Part shown: piece after piece, positions 1 through 10,295 of the stretch
How the letters are laid out: each line of letters opens with the position of its first letter
Numbering within the stretch: position 1 is the stretch's first letter
Origin: an uncultured Elusimicrobia bacterium
GTDB taxonomy: Bacteria; Elusimicrobiota; Endomicrobiia; DTEH01
Reading direction: 5' to 3'
NCBI GenBank assembly: GCA_964508565.1
Contig: CAZDUB010000004.1
Coordinates: forward strand, 38,874-102,873
DNA length: 64,000 nucleotides
Position numbers and translations under genes: made by a program
Notes under the pieces: model-generated
What the model was told of the DNA's origin: nothing
The model's input: the letters and a program-made list of their open reading frames with translations, nothing else
Database searches by the model: none

Positions 1-342
1 ATAGGTGAGTATAACGAAAAACCACTTCCTGAACAGTCGTTGGTTATTAGGGACAAAAAAATAACAATAATTACTGGGTGTTCTCATCCTGGAATAATAA
101 AAATTATTAAAAAGGTTAAAGAAAAATTTTCTGAACCAGTACAGCTTGTTCTTGGCGGGTTTCATCTTATTGATAAATCAATTTCGGAAATTCTACAGAT
201 TGTTGATGAGTTTAAAAATCTTGAAGTTGAAAAAGTTGCGCCATGCCATTGTACAGGTTATAAAGCGACAAAAATTTTTCAGAAGGAATTCAAAAAAGAT
301 TTTATAAAAATAAAAACTGGCTCAAAATTAATTATTAACTAA
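1..342 (+). CDS. MBL-fold metallo-hydrolase (COG1237-like), C-terminal part; gene begins upstream of the window
   Basis: Frame is open from nt 1 with no stop; C-terminal GGFHL...APCHCTG motif typical of beta-lactamase-fold hydrolases. Confidence 0.55.
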   Translation: MGEYNEKPLPEQSLVIRDKKITIITGCSHPGIIKIIKKVKEKFSEPVQLVLGGFHLIDKSISEILQIVDEFKNLEVEKVAPCHCTGYKATKIFQKEFKKDFIKIKTGSKLIIN

Positions 343-491
343 AATCAAGTTTTGAAAAATATCTCGTCTGTTAGTCTGCTTTACCAAATTTTTGTTATTG
401 CCATAATTATATATATTTATTGAAAAGTCATAAAATTTATTATAATTATTTAGAATTCAACCTTATTTATTTTTAAAATGGAGGTTATCTT

Positions 492-965
492 ATGCAACTA
501 TTAAACATATCAGAGGTGTATCAAATAGCGATGCAGATTGAAGAAAATGGTGTAAAGTTTTATTCAGCATGGGCAAAAAAAGTTGAAGATAAAAAGTTAA
601 AAGAAATTTTTGACGGGCTATCTTATGCAGAAGTAGAACATAAAAAAATTTTTGAAAAGATGTTAAAAGAAATAGAAGATTATAAACCACAAGAACTCTA
701 CCCAGAAGAATATTTTCAGTATCTTCGTGCTTATGCTGATAATTTGATTTTTAAAATTCAAAATCTTAAAGAGAATTCAAAAGAAGTAAAAACAGTAATA
801 GAAGCATTAGATTTTGCAATAGAAAGAGAAAAAGATTCTATACTCTACTATCAAGAAATTAAAAACATACTCCCAGAATCCCAACACAAAGAGTTAGAAA
901 AAATCATAAACGAAGAAAGAAAACACTTTTTAGACCTTACACATATTAAAAATACTTTAAAATAA
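492..965 (+). CDS. ferritin-like/rubrerythrin-like diiron four-helix protein
   Basis: Paired E-x-x-H motifs (AEVEHKKIF; EERKHFLDL) plus E..Y/E..E helices; GGAGG Shine-Dalgarno 7 nt upstream of the ATG. Confidence 0.6.
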   Translation: MQLLNISEVYQIAMQIEENGVKFYSAWAKKVEDKKLKEIFDGLSYAEVEHKKIFEKMLKEIEDYKPQELYPEEYFQYLRAYADNLIFKIQNLKENSKEVKTVIEALDFAIEREKDSILYYQEIKNILPESQHKELEKIINEERKHFLDLTHIKNTLK

Positions 966-1090
966 AATTTTTGAGTTTACAAAACTTTTATTTATTTTAC
1001 GAATTTGTAATTAATATTTTTTAGGACCTTTCTATTTACTTTTCTTTCAATTTATAGTATTATTTGTTCTAACCTAATTATTTCTTCTTT

Positions 1091-2656
1091 ATGGAGGTGA
1101 ATACTATGGAAAAACAAAGGGAATCATGGGGTTCAAAATTAGGTGTTATTTTAGCTGTTGCTGGTTCTGCTGTTGGATTAGGTAATTTTTTGAGATTTCC
1201 TGTGCAAGCAGTTAAAAATGGCGGTGGTGCTTTCATGATACCTTATATTATCTCTTTTCTTTTGTTAGGTCTTCCTTTGATGTGGATTGAATGGACTGCT
1301 GGGAGATTTGGAGGTGGTTTTGGACATGGAACTGCTCCTGGTATATTTCATACTATGTGGCAAAAAAATAGGTTTATAAAATATTTTGGTGTAATAGGAA
1401 TTTTTGGCCCCTTAGTAATTTTTATATATTATACATACATAGAGTCATGGATCTTAGGATATACTGTTTTTTCTTTGACACCAAAGTTTGTTTCACTTCA
1501 TACAGCTCAACAAATAAAAGAATTTTTAAACTGGTATAGAAACAGTTGGTATTCATATTTATTTTTCGTTATCACTTTTTTGTTAAATATAATAGTTGTT
1601 TACTTTGGCATTAAGAAAGGAATTGAGAAGTTTTGTAACTGGGCGATGCCACTTTTAATTTTAATTGGTGTTATTTTAGTTATAAGAGTTTTAACTTTAG
1701 GTAGTTTAAACCCTTCAGAACCAGACAGTAGCCCAATTAAAGGACTTGAATATTTATGGACTCCACAGTTTGAAAAGTTGTTAGACCCAAAAGTATGGCT
1801 TGCTGCTGCAGGACAGATATTTTTTACTTTATCTGTAGGGATAGGTGTAATTTTAACTTATGCGAGTTATTTAAGAAAAGCTGACGACGTGATTCTTTCA
1901 GGGCTAACTGCTGCTGCAACTAATGAGTTTGTAGAAGTGATATTAGGAGGAAGCATTGTAATACCAGCTGCTTTTGCATTTTTAGGTTCCAAAGGAGCTG
2001 TAGAAGTTGCACAATCTGGATCTTTTGATTTAGGGTTTGTTACAATTCCTGTCATATTTAAACAAATATCAGCTGGGAGTATAATAGCTTTTTTATGGTT
2101 TTTGCTTTTGTTTATTGCCGGGATTACTTCTTCTGTGTCTTTAGCTCAGCCACCAATAGCTTTTTTAGAAGACGAATTTGATATACCAAAAAAAGATGCT
2201 GTATTGATATACAGTATAGTAACTTTTCTTTTATGTCAGCCATCAATATTTTTATTAAAATATGGAGTTGTCGACGAATTAGATTTTTGGGGCGGAACTT
2301 TTTGTCTAGTTTTGTTTGGATGTATTGAGGCGATTTTGTTTTCATGGGTGTTTGGAATTGAGAATGCATGGAAAGAGATGCACTCTGGAGCTGATATAAC
2401 ACTACCTAAGATTTATAAGTTTATAATTAAATATATTACACCTACTATATTGATAATCATACTAGTATGGTTTATTTTAAGCGAAGGAAAAAATGTGATT
2501 TTACTTAAAGGTGTAAATCCAAATAATATTCCTGTTATAATTTTTACAAGAATTTATCTTTTAACTATATTTGTAATTTTGGCTATAATGGTAAGAGAAT
2601 CTTGGAGAACAAGAAAATTAAGAGTTTCTCAGACTTTTCCAAAAATAAAATTATAA
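1091..2656 (+). CDS. sodium-dependent transporter, neurotransmitter:sodium symporter (SNF/LeuT) family
   Basis: N-terminal GSKLGVILAVAGSAVGLGNFLRFP signature; multi-TM 521 aa. Confidence 0.9.
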   Translation: MEVNTMEKQRESWGSKLGVILAVAGSAVGLGNFLRFPVQAVKNGGGAFMIPYIISFLLLGLPLMWIEWTAGRFGGGFGHGTAPGIFHTMWQKNRFIKYFGVIGIFGPLVIFIYYTYIESWILGYTVFSLTPKFVSLHTAQQIKEFLNWYRNSWYSYLFFVITFLLNIIVVYFGIKKGIEKFCNWAMPLLILIGVILVIRVLTLGSLNPSEPDSSPIKGLEYLWTPQFEKLLDPKVWLAAAGQIFFTLSVGIGVILTYASYLRKADDVILSGLTAAATNEFVEVILGGSIVIPAAFAFLGSKGAVEVAQSGSFDLGFVTIPVIFKQISAGSIIAFLWFLLLFIAGITSSVSLAQPPIAFLEDEFDIPKKDAVLIYSIVTFLLCQPSIFLLKYGVVDELDFWGGTFCLVLFGCIEAILFSWVFGIENAWKEMHSGADITLPKIYKFIIKYITPTILIIILVWFILSEGKNVILLKGVNPNNIPVIIFTRIYLLTIFVILAIMVRESWRTRKLRVSQTFPKIKL

Positions 2657-3346
2657 ATCTTTAACATAAATTTTTACTTTTAAGTTAGCGTTTATTTGTT
2701 TATACCACTCTTCTAAAACAGCTGTTTGTTTTTCTTGTAAAAGTTCGTTGTACAATTTTTGTTTTTCTTCTTCATTTTTTGGTTGTTTTATTTTGTAGTA
2801 ATTTTCAACTTCCTGTGGTGAGAGTTTCACAGCAGAAAGTACAAAATCTCTTAATTTAAACATAGCAATTCTTTTTCTTCTGGATTCTTCAAACTCTTTT
2901 GGTGTCATTTTTAATCTCAATATGACTGTTCTGTAGTAAGTTTCCCGGTCAAATCTACCATCTTTTTGAAAAGCAGGAATTCTCATAATATCATAATAGA
3001 CCTCTTGGTCTGTTACTTCAATACCATACTTTTTTGCTTCCTGCCAGAAAACTTCTTCTTGAATTAGGTCTCTTAATACCTGTTGTTTTATAAGACGAGT
3101 TGTTTGGTCTGTAATTTCATTTCCTTGGTCTCTGTAGTTTTCAATTGTTTGATTTACTAAACGATTGTATTTTTGAATGCTAATTTTTACACCGTTGACT
3201 GTGGCTGCTATGGTTGAAACGTTTGTGTATCTTATATATCCTCCAAAACCTAAAAAAATTCCTGCTAGAAATCCTATAATTGTGATTACAAATATGTTTT
3301 CTTTGTTCTTTTTTAGATAATCAAATATGTTCATATCGGTCTCCAT
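2651..3346 (-). CDS. membrane-anchored SurA N-terminal-domain (PpiD-like) chaperone protein
   Basis: N-terminal TM helix then SurA_N-like region (ATVNGVKISIQKYNRL...); overlaps the convergent transporter gene by 6 nt. Confidence 0.6.
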   Translation of the reverse strand: METDMNIFDYLKKNKENIFVITIIGFLAGIFLGFGGYIRYTNVSTIAATVNGVKISIQKYNRLVNQTIENYRDQGNEITDQTTRLIKQQVLRDLIQEEVFWQEAKKYGIEVTDQEVYYDIMRIPAFQKDGRFDRETYYRTVILRLKMTPKEFEESRRKRIAMFKLRDFVLSAVKLSPQEVENYYKIKQPKNEEEKQKLYNELLQEKQTAVLEEWYKQINANLKVKIYVKDL

Positions 3347-3457
3347 TCTTTAAATTTAGTTTTAGTTTATCTACTACAAAAAAATGTTATTTATGTCAAC
3401 CTTTTGTTTAATAAAGTTGACAAAATAAAAAATTTTTTGTAAAATAAGAACCAATTT

Positions 3458-4285
3458 ATGAAAAAAACAATAATTTTGCTATCTTTTGTTTTTTTAACAT
3501 TTTTTTCATGTACGAACCCTAAAAGTTTATTAAAAAGTGCTTTAAAAGACGAACAAAAAAATAAATACGATTCTGCTGAACAAAAGTATTTAACAATCAT
3601 TATTAAATATGATAGCAGCGAATTTGTGCCTGAGGCGAAATATAGATTAGGTCTTTTGTATAAAGATGTTAAGAAAGATTATACTCAAGCTCAAATGTGG
3701 TTTTTGGATATTATAAACAGACACAGAGATTCTGAATTTTGTAAATTAGCATATGTTGGACTTTTAGAGTCACCTGACTATATAGGTGCAATTGATGGGA
3801 ATAAAGTTATCTTAGGTGATGTTGAAAGTTCTGGAAAAAACATGCAGATTATCACAGAATATAAAAAACTTGATTATGATTTATATCAAGCAAATGTTAA
3901 ACTTTATGCTGGTAAAAGTTTAATTAAACAGGAAGAAAAGTTTTATTATAAAGTTGGCAATGAGATAAGAGAATATTTAGTTAGCCCTTTAAAAAATCCA
4001 TCAGCAAGGTATACAGTTGTTTTAAAATATCCTTCCAAAGTTGCTACTAAGTGGGAAACAGAAAAAGAAAAAAAGGTTGTTCAATATTTAATTGTTGAAG
4101 ATTCATTAGTTTTGAAATTTAGAGATAAAGAGTTTAAAAATTGTATAAAAGTTAAGGAGCAAGTTAAAGGAGAAAAAGGAGTAAGATTTCTTTATTATGC
4201 TCCCAATAAGGGATGTGTTAAGATAACTACAACAACAATAGATAATCTAACGAAAGAATTTCCAACTATGGAATTGGTTGAATAG
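3458..4285 (+). CDS. lipoprotein with TPR-like N-terminal region (BamD/YbgF-like?)
   Basis: Signal peptide with lipobox FFSC; TPR-like AEQKYLTIII...AKYRLGLLY. Confidence 0.5.
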   Translation: MKKTIILLSFVFLTFFSCTNPKSLLKSALKDEQKNKYDSAEQKYLTIIIKYDSSEFVPEAKYRLGLLYKDVKKDYTQAQMWFLDIINRHRDSEFCKLAYVGLLESPDYIGAIDGNKVILGDVESSGKNMQIITEYKKLDYDLYQANVKLYAGKSLIKQEEKFYYKVGNEIREYLVSPLKNPSARYTVVLKYPSKVATKWETEKEKKVVQYLIVEDSLVLKFRDKEFKNCIKVKEQVKGEKGVRFLYYAPNKGCVKITTTTIDNLTKEFPTMELVE

Positions 4286-4300
4286 AAAGGAGAAATTATA

Positions 4301-5359
4301 ATGAAAACCTATAATATAGCAGTAATTCCTGGCGATGGTACAGGACCAGAAGTTATAAGAGAAGGGATAAAAGTTCTAAAAGCCGCTTCTTCTAAATTTA
4401 ATTTTAAATTGAATTTTGTAGAATTTGATTTTGGAGGAGAAAGATATTTAAGGACAGGAGAAACCCTGCCTGACTCTGCATTAGAAGAATTAAAAAAGTT
4501 TGACGCTATTTATTTAGGAGCGATTGGGCATCCTGATGTAAAACCTGGAATTTTGGAGTTAGGGATTTTATTAAAATTAAGATTTGTTTTTGATCAGTAT
4601 ATAAATCTAAGACCTGTAAAACTTTTTAGAGAAGAAGATTGCCCATTAAAAGATAAAAAACCACAAGAGGTTGACTTTGTTGTAATAAGAGAAAATACAG
4701 GAAGTGTTTATACAGGGATTGGTGGTGTGATGCAAAAAGGCACAAAAAATGAAGTGGCAACACAGGTAATGCTTTATTCATACCATCAAGTAGAAAGATG
4801 TATTAGATATGCTTATGAATACACAAGACAAAGAAACAAGAAAAAACAACTTACTTTGGTTCACAAAACAAATGTGCTTACATACTGCGGAGATTTATGG
4901 ATGAGGGTTTTTCAAGAAGTTGGTAAAGAATATCCAGATATAAAACAAGACTACAACCATGTAGATGCTTGTTGTATGTGGTTTGTAAAATCTCCAGAAT
5001 ATTATGATGTTGTTGTAACAGAAAATATGTTTGGAGATATTATAACAGATTTAGCTGCTATTATACAAGGTGGTTTAGGAATAGCAGCAGGTGCCAACAT
5101 AAACCCACAAGGAGTTTCGATGTTTGAACCGATGGGTGGTTCAGCTCCAAAATATACTGGTAAAAATGTGATAAATCCTCTTGCTGCAATATATGCAGCT
5201 AAAATGATGATTGAGTTTTTAGGAGAAAAAGAAGCAGCAAATTCTATAGAAAACGCTATTCAAAAAGCTTTATTAAGCGGCAAAATTAAAAGTTTAGCAG
5301 CAGGCAAAATGGGACTTACAACTACAGAAGTTGGAGATTTAGTTGCAAGTTTAGTTTAA
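4301..5359 (+). CDS. isocitrate/3-isopropylmalate dehydrogenase-family beta-decarboxylating dehydrogenase (LeuB or NAD-IDH type; subtype unresolved)
   Basis: IDH/IMDH signature NMFGDIITDLAAIIQGGLGIAAGANI; N-terminal IAVIPGDGTGPEV. Confidence 0.8.
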   Translation: MKTYNIAVIPGDGTGPEVIREGIKVLKAASSKFNFKLNFVEFDFGGERYLRTGETLPDSALEELKKFDAIYLGAIGHPDVKPGILELGILLKLRFVFDQYINLRPVKLFREEDCPLKDKKPQEVDFVVIRENTGSVYTGIGGVMQKGTKNEVATQVMLYSYHQVERCIRYAYEYTRQRNKKKQLTLVHKTNVLTYCGDLWMRVFQEVGKEYPDIKQDYNHVDACCMWFVKSPEYYDVVVTENMFGDIITDLAAIIQGGLGIAAGANINPQGVSMFEPMGGSAPKYTGKNVINPLAAIYAAKMMIEFLGEKEAANSIENAIQKALLSGKIKSLAAGKMGLTTTEVGDLVASLV

Positions 5360-5384
5360 TGAAGAAAAGAAAGGAGTAACACTT

Positions 5385-6464
5385 ATGTATAATGTAGCAG
5401 TAATAGGAGCAACAGGAGCAGTTGGACATGAAATGTTAAAAATGTTAGAATTAAGAAACTTTCCAGTAAATAAAATATATCCTTTTGCTTCAAGTAGGTC
5501 AAAAGGAAGAAAAGTTTTGTTCAAAAACAAAGAATATGAAGTAATAGAGTTGACAAAAGAAAATGTTTTAAAATACGCAAAAGAAATTCAACTTGCTTTA
5601 TTTTCTGCTGGAGCATCTGTCTCAAAAGAATTTGCTCCTATTTTTGCTGAAGAAGGAATTTTTGTTGTGGATAATTCTTCTGCTTGGAGAATGGAACCAG
5701 ATATTCCACTTGTTGTACCACAAGTTAATCCACATGTTTTATCTAAAGATAAAAAAATTATAGCAAACCCAAATTGTTCTACTATACAGATGGTAGTGGT
5801 TTTGGCTCCTCTACATCGCGTAACAAAAATAAAAAGAATAATAGTATCTACATATCAATCGGTTTCTGGTGCTGGTGGAAAAGCAATGGTAGAACTTTAT
5901 GAACAAACAAAAAAAGTTTTAGAAAAATTAAGTAAATATGATAATTTGTTAAATTTAGAAGAGTCTCACTTTATGATAGAACACCACCAATCTGTTTTTC
6001 CGAAACAGATTGCTTTTAATTTAATACCACAGATTGATATTTTCTTAGAAAATTTGTATACAAAAGAAGAAATGAAAATGGTTAACGAAACACGCAAAAT
6101 TATGGAGGAGCCAAATCTTCGTATTTCTGCGCAATGTGTAAGAGTTCCTGTTTTTAGATCTCACTCAGAGTCAGTATGGATTGAAACAGAGAGAAAACTC
6201 TCTGTTGAAGAAACAAAAGACATTCTGTCAAAATCAGATGGAGTAAAAGTTGTTGATAATCCTTTTAGTCAAATACCAGACGAGAGATATCCAACTCCTT
6301 TAGAATATTCAAATAAACAAATAACCTATGTTGGTAGAATAAGAGAAGATATTTCTTGTGAAAATGGTTTGGTTATGTGGATTGTTTCTGACAATTTATT
6401 AAAAGGTGCTGCTTTAAACGCTGTTGAGATTTTGGAAGAAATGGTTAAAAGGAGAATTGTATGA
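5385..6464 (+). CDS. asd: aspartate-semialdehyde dehydrogenase
   Basis: VAVIGATGAVG Rossmann N-terminus; active-site NPNCSTI motif; 359 aa. Confidence 0.9.
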   Translation: MYNVAVIGATGAVGHEMLKMLELRNFPVNKIYPFASSRSKGRKVLFKNKEYEVIELTKENVLKYAKEIQLALFSAGASVSKEFAPIFAEEGIFVVDNSSAWRMEPDIPLVVPQVNPHVLSKDKKIIANPNCSTIQMVVVLAPLHRVTKIKRIIVSTYQSVSGAGGKAMVELYEQTKKVLEKLSKYDNLLNLEESHFMIEHHQSVFPKQIAFNLIPQIDIFLENLYTKEEMKMVNETRKIMEEPNLRISAQCVRVPVFRSHSESVWIETERKLSVEETKDILSKSDGVKVVDNPFSQIPDERYPTPLEYSNKQITYVGRIREDISCENGLVMWIVSDNLLKGAALNAVEILEEMVKRRIV

Positions 6465-7171
6465 AGAAGATAATAATTAATGCTGACGATTTTGGGTTTA
6501 GTGCAAAGATAAATCAAGGTATAATTCATGCCTTCAAAGACGGTGTAGTTACTTCTACTAGTATGATAGTCACAAAGGAAGGTTTTGAGGATGCTGTGGT
6601 ATTGGCAAAAGATAATCCTAAATTATCAATAGGAATACATATTGATTTAGATGAGTTTTTTGAGATAGACCATACAGTAGGACGTATCGTTGGTTATAAA
6701 CAATCTAATTTAGACAAAGAAAAGATTATGTCTGAGCTAAGAAAACAAATAGATCTGTTGTTTTCAAAAGGTATTGTTCCAGACCATCTATCTGGGCATC
6801 ATCATGTCCACCTTGTGAAAGAAGTGTTTTATGTAGTAGTAGAACTAATGAAAGAATACAAAATACCGGCGATGCGGTTTCATAGTAAAATAATGTTTGA
6901 CCCAAGTTTATATAACGAGTTTAAACAAGTGTTAGACCAAAACGGAATAATATATGCACCACACTTTATTGAAGGGTGGTATTGGGGGAATATTGATGAA
7001 CCATATACAGTAGCTGAGTTAATGACACATCCCGGATATGGCGAGCTTTGGCGAGAATATGAACTTTCTTCAAGTTGTGACCCAAGGCTTAAAATGTATT
7101 TAAGAGAAAAGGGAATTCAGCTTATAACTTATGCTGATTTATATAACGAATTTAAAAGGAGTACAAACTAA
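6461..7171 (+). CDS. ChbG/YdjC-family carbohydrate deacetylase
   Basis: INADDFGFS...GIIHAFKDGVVTSTS...SGHHHVH matches the YdjC/ChbG pattern; 4-nt overlap with asd. Confidence 0.75.
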   Translation: MKKIIINADDFGFSAKINQGIIHAFKDGVVTSTSMIVTKEGFEDAVVLAKDNPKLSIGIHIDLDEFFEIDHTVGRIVGYKQSNLDKEKIMSELRKQIDLLFSKGIVPDHLSGHHHVHLVKEVFYVVVELMKEYKIPAMRFHSKIMFDPSLYNEFKQVLDQNGIIYAPHFIEGWYWGNIDEPYTVAELMTHPGYGELWREYELSSSCDPRLKMYLREKGIQLITYADLYNEFKRSTN

Positions 7172-7187
7172 TTAGCTAATTAAAAAT

Positions 7188-7922
7188 GTGGCTGTCTACA
7201 AGTTAATAGTTGAATATAATGGTAAAAATTTTTACGGTAGTCAAACTCAAAAGTCTTTAAGAACTGTTGAAGACACAATTAATAGTATTTTGTCAAAGTT
7301 GTTAAACTGTAGGTATAAATTATATCTTAGCTCAAGAACAGATACAGGTGTGTCGTCATTGTGTACTATTGGTAAGTTAGTTTGTGATGAAAATATAGAT
7401 ACTGATGTGTTTTTAAGTAAAATAAATAATTTTTTACCAAAAGATATTCAGATTGTAGATATAAAAAAAGTTAAGAAAGATTTTAATGTAAGAAAAGTTA
7501 AATACAAAGTTTATCAATATACAATTTATAATTCCAAATACAGTTCACCAACAGTGTTTTCGGAATATAGTTGGTGGGTAAGAGAAAAGATATTTTTTAG
7601 TTTATTAAAGAAAGCATCAAAAATTATATCTTCACAAAGAAAATTTGATTTTGCAACTACAAAAGATTATATAGAAAACAAAAAAAATACCAGTTGTAGA
7701 ATAGATATTAAATTAAAGAAAGTACAATCGTTTATAATTATTAAATTTATAGGAAGCAAATTTGCACATAGGCTTATTCGCAATATTGTTAGTTTAATGG
7801 TTGATGTGGCAACTAAAAAAATAACGCTACAAAGATTAAAAGAAATAATCAGCTGTTGGAAATACTGTAAGACAAAACCAGCACCAGCTAATGGTTTAAT
7901 ATTAATTAAAACTGTTTTATGA
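7188..7922 (+). CDS. truA: tRNA pseudouridine(38-40) synthase
   Basis: GTG start; YKLIVEYNGKNFYGSQTQ N-terminus typical of TruA. Confidence 0.75.
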   Translation: MAVYKLIVEYNGKNFYGSQTQKSLRTVEDTINSILSKLLNCRYKLYLSSRTDTGVSSLCTIGKLVCDENIDTDVFLSKINNFLPKDIQIVDIKKVKKDFNVRKVKYKVYQYTIYNSKYSSPTVFSEYSWWVREKIFFSLLKKASKIISSQRKFDFATTKDYIENKKNTSCRIDIKLKKVQSFIIIKFIGSKFAHRLIRNIVSLMVDVATKKITLQRLKEIISCWKYCKTKPAPANGLILIKTVL

Positions 7923-9331
7923 ATAAAGTTAAATCTTTAAAAAATGTAGGATGTGTTATATTAGCTGCAGGTGCCGGAACAAGGATGAAATCAGAGTTGC
8001 CTAAGGTGCTTTTTGACATTTGTGGGAAAAAAGTAATAGAATATGTCTTAGAAAGCGTAGCTGAGATAAAAGAAATAAATAATATTTATATTGTTGTAGG
8101 CTATAAATCAGGGTTAGTAGAAAATGAATTGAAATTGACTAAGATTTATAATAAACTTAAAAATAAGATAACTTTTGTAAAACAACCACAATTGTTAGGT
8201 TCTGGTGACGCATTAAAACATGTGAAAAAATATATCACCAAATCAGTTGAACATCTGTTAGTACTTTGTGGAGATGTGCCCTTGATTTCTTCTAAAACAT
8301 TAAAGAACTTATTAAATTCACACTTGTCAAACAATGTTGATTGTACTGTTTTAAGTGTCATTATGGATGAACCTTCTGGATACGGCAGAATAATAAAAGA
8401 TTTGTCTAAGAAATTTGTTGATATAGTTGAAGAAGTTGACGCTACAGAATCGCAGAAAGCAATAAAAGAAGTAAATAGTGGTATTTATGTTTTCCGTTTA
8501 CCACAATTGTGGACTGCATTAGAAAAAATAAAACCAGATAATAAAAAGAAAGAATATTATCTTACAGATACAGTAAGATACTTAAACTCAAAACAGACAT
8601 TTTTGTGTAAAGATCCTAAAGAAGTACAAGGGATAAACACGAGAAAAGATTTAATGATAATTTCTGAAAATGTGAGAAATAGAATAATAGATAATTTAGT
8701 TTTAAATGGTGTAACAATTATAATGCCACAGACAGTATATATAGATTGGGATTCTAAAATAGAACCAGATACAACAATTTTTCAAGGATGTGTTATAACG
8801 AAATCACATATAGAAAAAAATTGTATGATTGGCCCATATAGTGTGATAAATTCTTCTTATATAAAATCTAATACATCAGTTATTTTTTCACATATAGAAT
8901 GTTCTACAATTGGTAATAATTGTAGTATAGGTCCTTTTAGTAGAATAAGAGCAAGTACCACAATTAAAAAAAATGTTACAATAGGCAACTTTGTAGAAAT
9001 AAAAAATAGCAAAATTGATGATGGAGTAAAGATAAAACATTTAGCATTTATTGGTGATGCAACATTAAAAGAGAGTGTAAATATAGGAGCCGGAACTATT
9101 ACTTGTAACTACGATGGAATTAAAAAGAATAAAACATTTATAGGCAAAAAAGCATTTGTTGGTTCAAATGTTAGTATAGTTGCACCGATTAAAATAGGAG
9201 ATAATGTAGTAATAGGCGCAGGTTCTACAGTTACAAAAGATGTGCCTTCAAACACATTAGTAATTGCTAGATCTCAAGAAATTCATAAAAAAAACCACAA
9301 AATAATAAAAAGAATATTTGGAGACCATTAA
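7919..9331 (+). CDS. glmU: bifunctional UDP-GlcNAc pyrophosphorylase / glucosamine-1-phosphate acetyltransferase
   Basis: LAAGAGTRMKSELPKVL nucleotidyltransferase motif; C-terminal hexapeptide-repeat domain; 470 aa. Confidence 0.9.
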   Translation: MNKVKSLKNVGCVILAAGAGTRMKSELPKVLFDICGKKVIEYVLESVAEIKEINNIYIVVGYKSGLVENELKLTKIYNKLKNKITFVKQPQLLGSGDALKHVKKYITKSVEHLLVLCGDVPLISSKTLKNLLNSHLSNNVDCTVLSVIMDEPSGYGRIIKDLSKKFVDIVEEVDATESQKAIKEVNSGIYVFRLPQLWTALEKIKPDNKKKEYYLTDTVRYLNSKQTFLCKDPKEVQGINTRKDLMIISENVRNRIIDNLVLNGVTIIMPQTVYIDWDSKIEPDTTIFQGCVITKSHIEKNCMIGPYSVINSSYIKSNTSVIFSHIECSTIGNNCSIGPFSRIRASTTIKKNVTIGNFVEIKNSKIDDGVKIKHLAFIGDATLKESVNIGAGTITCNYDGIKKNKTFIGKKAFVGSNVSIVAPIKIGDNVVIGAGSTVTKDVPSNTLVIARSQEIHKKNHKIIKRIFGDH

Positions 9332-10278
9332 TGGATAAGACACTTAAAATTTTCAGTGGTAATGCAAACAAAGAACTTGCTAAAGAGATAGTTGAATATT
9401 TAGGAATACCTGAAGGCAAAATTTATGTTGGCAGATTTGCAGATGGTGAAATTGAAGTTAAAATAGAAGAAAATATTCGTGGAAAAGATTGTTTTGTTGT
9501 ACAACCGACATGTCCTCCTGTGAATGAGAATCTTATGGAGCTTTTAATAATAATAGATGCTCTTAGACGTGCTTCTGCGGCAAGAATTACAGCTGTTATT
9601 CCTTATTTTGGTTATGCAAGACAAGATAGAAAAGCAGAACCAAGAGTGCCAATTACATCTAAACTTGTAGCTAACTTAATTGTTGCAGCAGGTGCTAATA
9701 GAGTTTTAACTATAGATTTACACGCAGGCCAAATTCAGGGTTTTTTTGATATTCCAGTTGACCATCTTCATGCCACTCCAGTTTTTTTAGAATATTTTAA
9801 TAGTTTAGAAGATACCAAAGATAAATCTCAAGTAGTAGTAGTATCACCTGATGCTGGAGGTGTTGAAAGAGCGAGAGCTTTTGCTAAAAGATTAGATACT
9901 TCTTTAGCAATAGTAGACAAAAGAAGACCTTCTCCGAACCAAGCAGAAATTATGAACATAATTGGAGATGTGAAAAACAAAGTTGCGATTGTGTTTGACG
10001 ATATAGTAGATACCGGAGGAACACTTATAAAAGTTGTGGATAGATTATATAAAGAAGGAGCAAAAAAAGTATATGCTGCATGTACACATGCTGTTTTAAG
10101 TTCTGGTGCAGAAAAGAAACTATTAGATTCTCCACTAACACGGTTGGTTGTAACAAATACAATACCTTTGTTGGGAAAGAAAAATGAAAAAATTGAAGTT
10201 TTATCTATTGCCAAACTTTTAGCAGAGGCAATAAAAAGAATTTATTTAAATACATCAGTAAGTGAACTTTTTGTATAA
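9331..10278 (+). CDS. prs: ribose-phosphate pyrophosphokinase
   Basis: Prs signature regions (PYFGYARQDRK; DLHAGQIQGFF; VDDIVDTGGTL). Confidence 0.92.
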   Translation: MDKTLKIFSGNANKELAKEIVEYLGIPEGKIYVGRFADGEIEVKIEENIRGKDCFVVQPTCPPVNENLMELLIIIDALRRASAARITAVIPYFGYARQDRKAEPRVPITSKLVANLIVAAGANRVLTIDLHAGQIQGFFDIPVDHLHATPVFLEYFNSLEDTKDKSQVVVVSPDAGGVERARAFAKRLDTSLAIVDKRRPSPNQAEIMNIIGDVKNKVAIVFDDIVDTGGTLIKVVDRLYKEGAKKVYAACTHAVLSSGAEKKLLDSPLTRLVVTNTIPLLGKKNEKIEVLSIAKLLAEAIKRIYLNTSVSELFV

Positions 10279-10295
10279 AAAGAAAGGAGAAAAAA

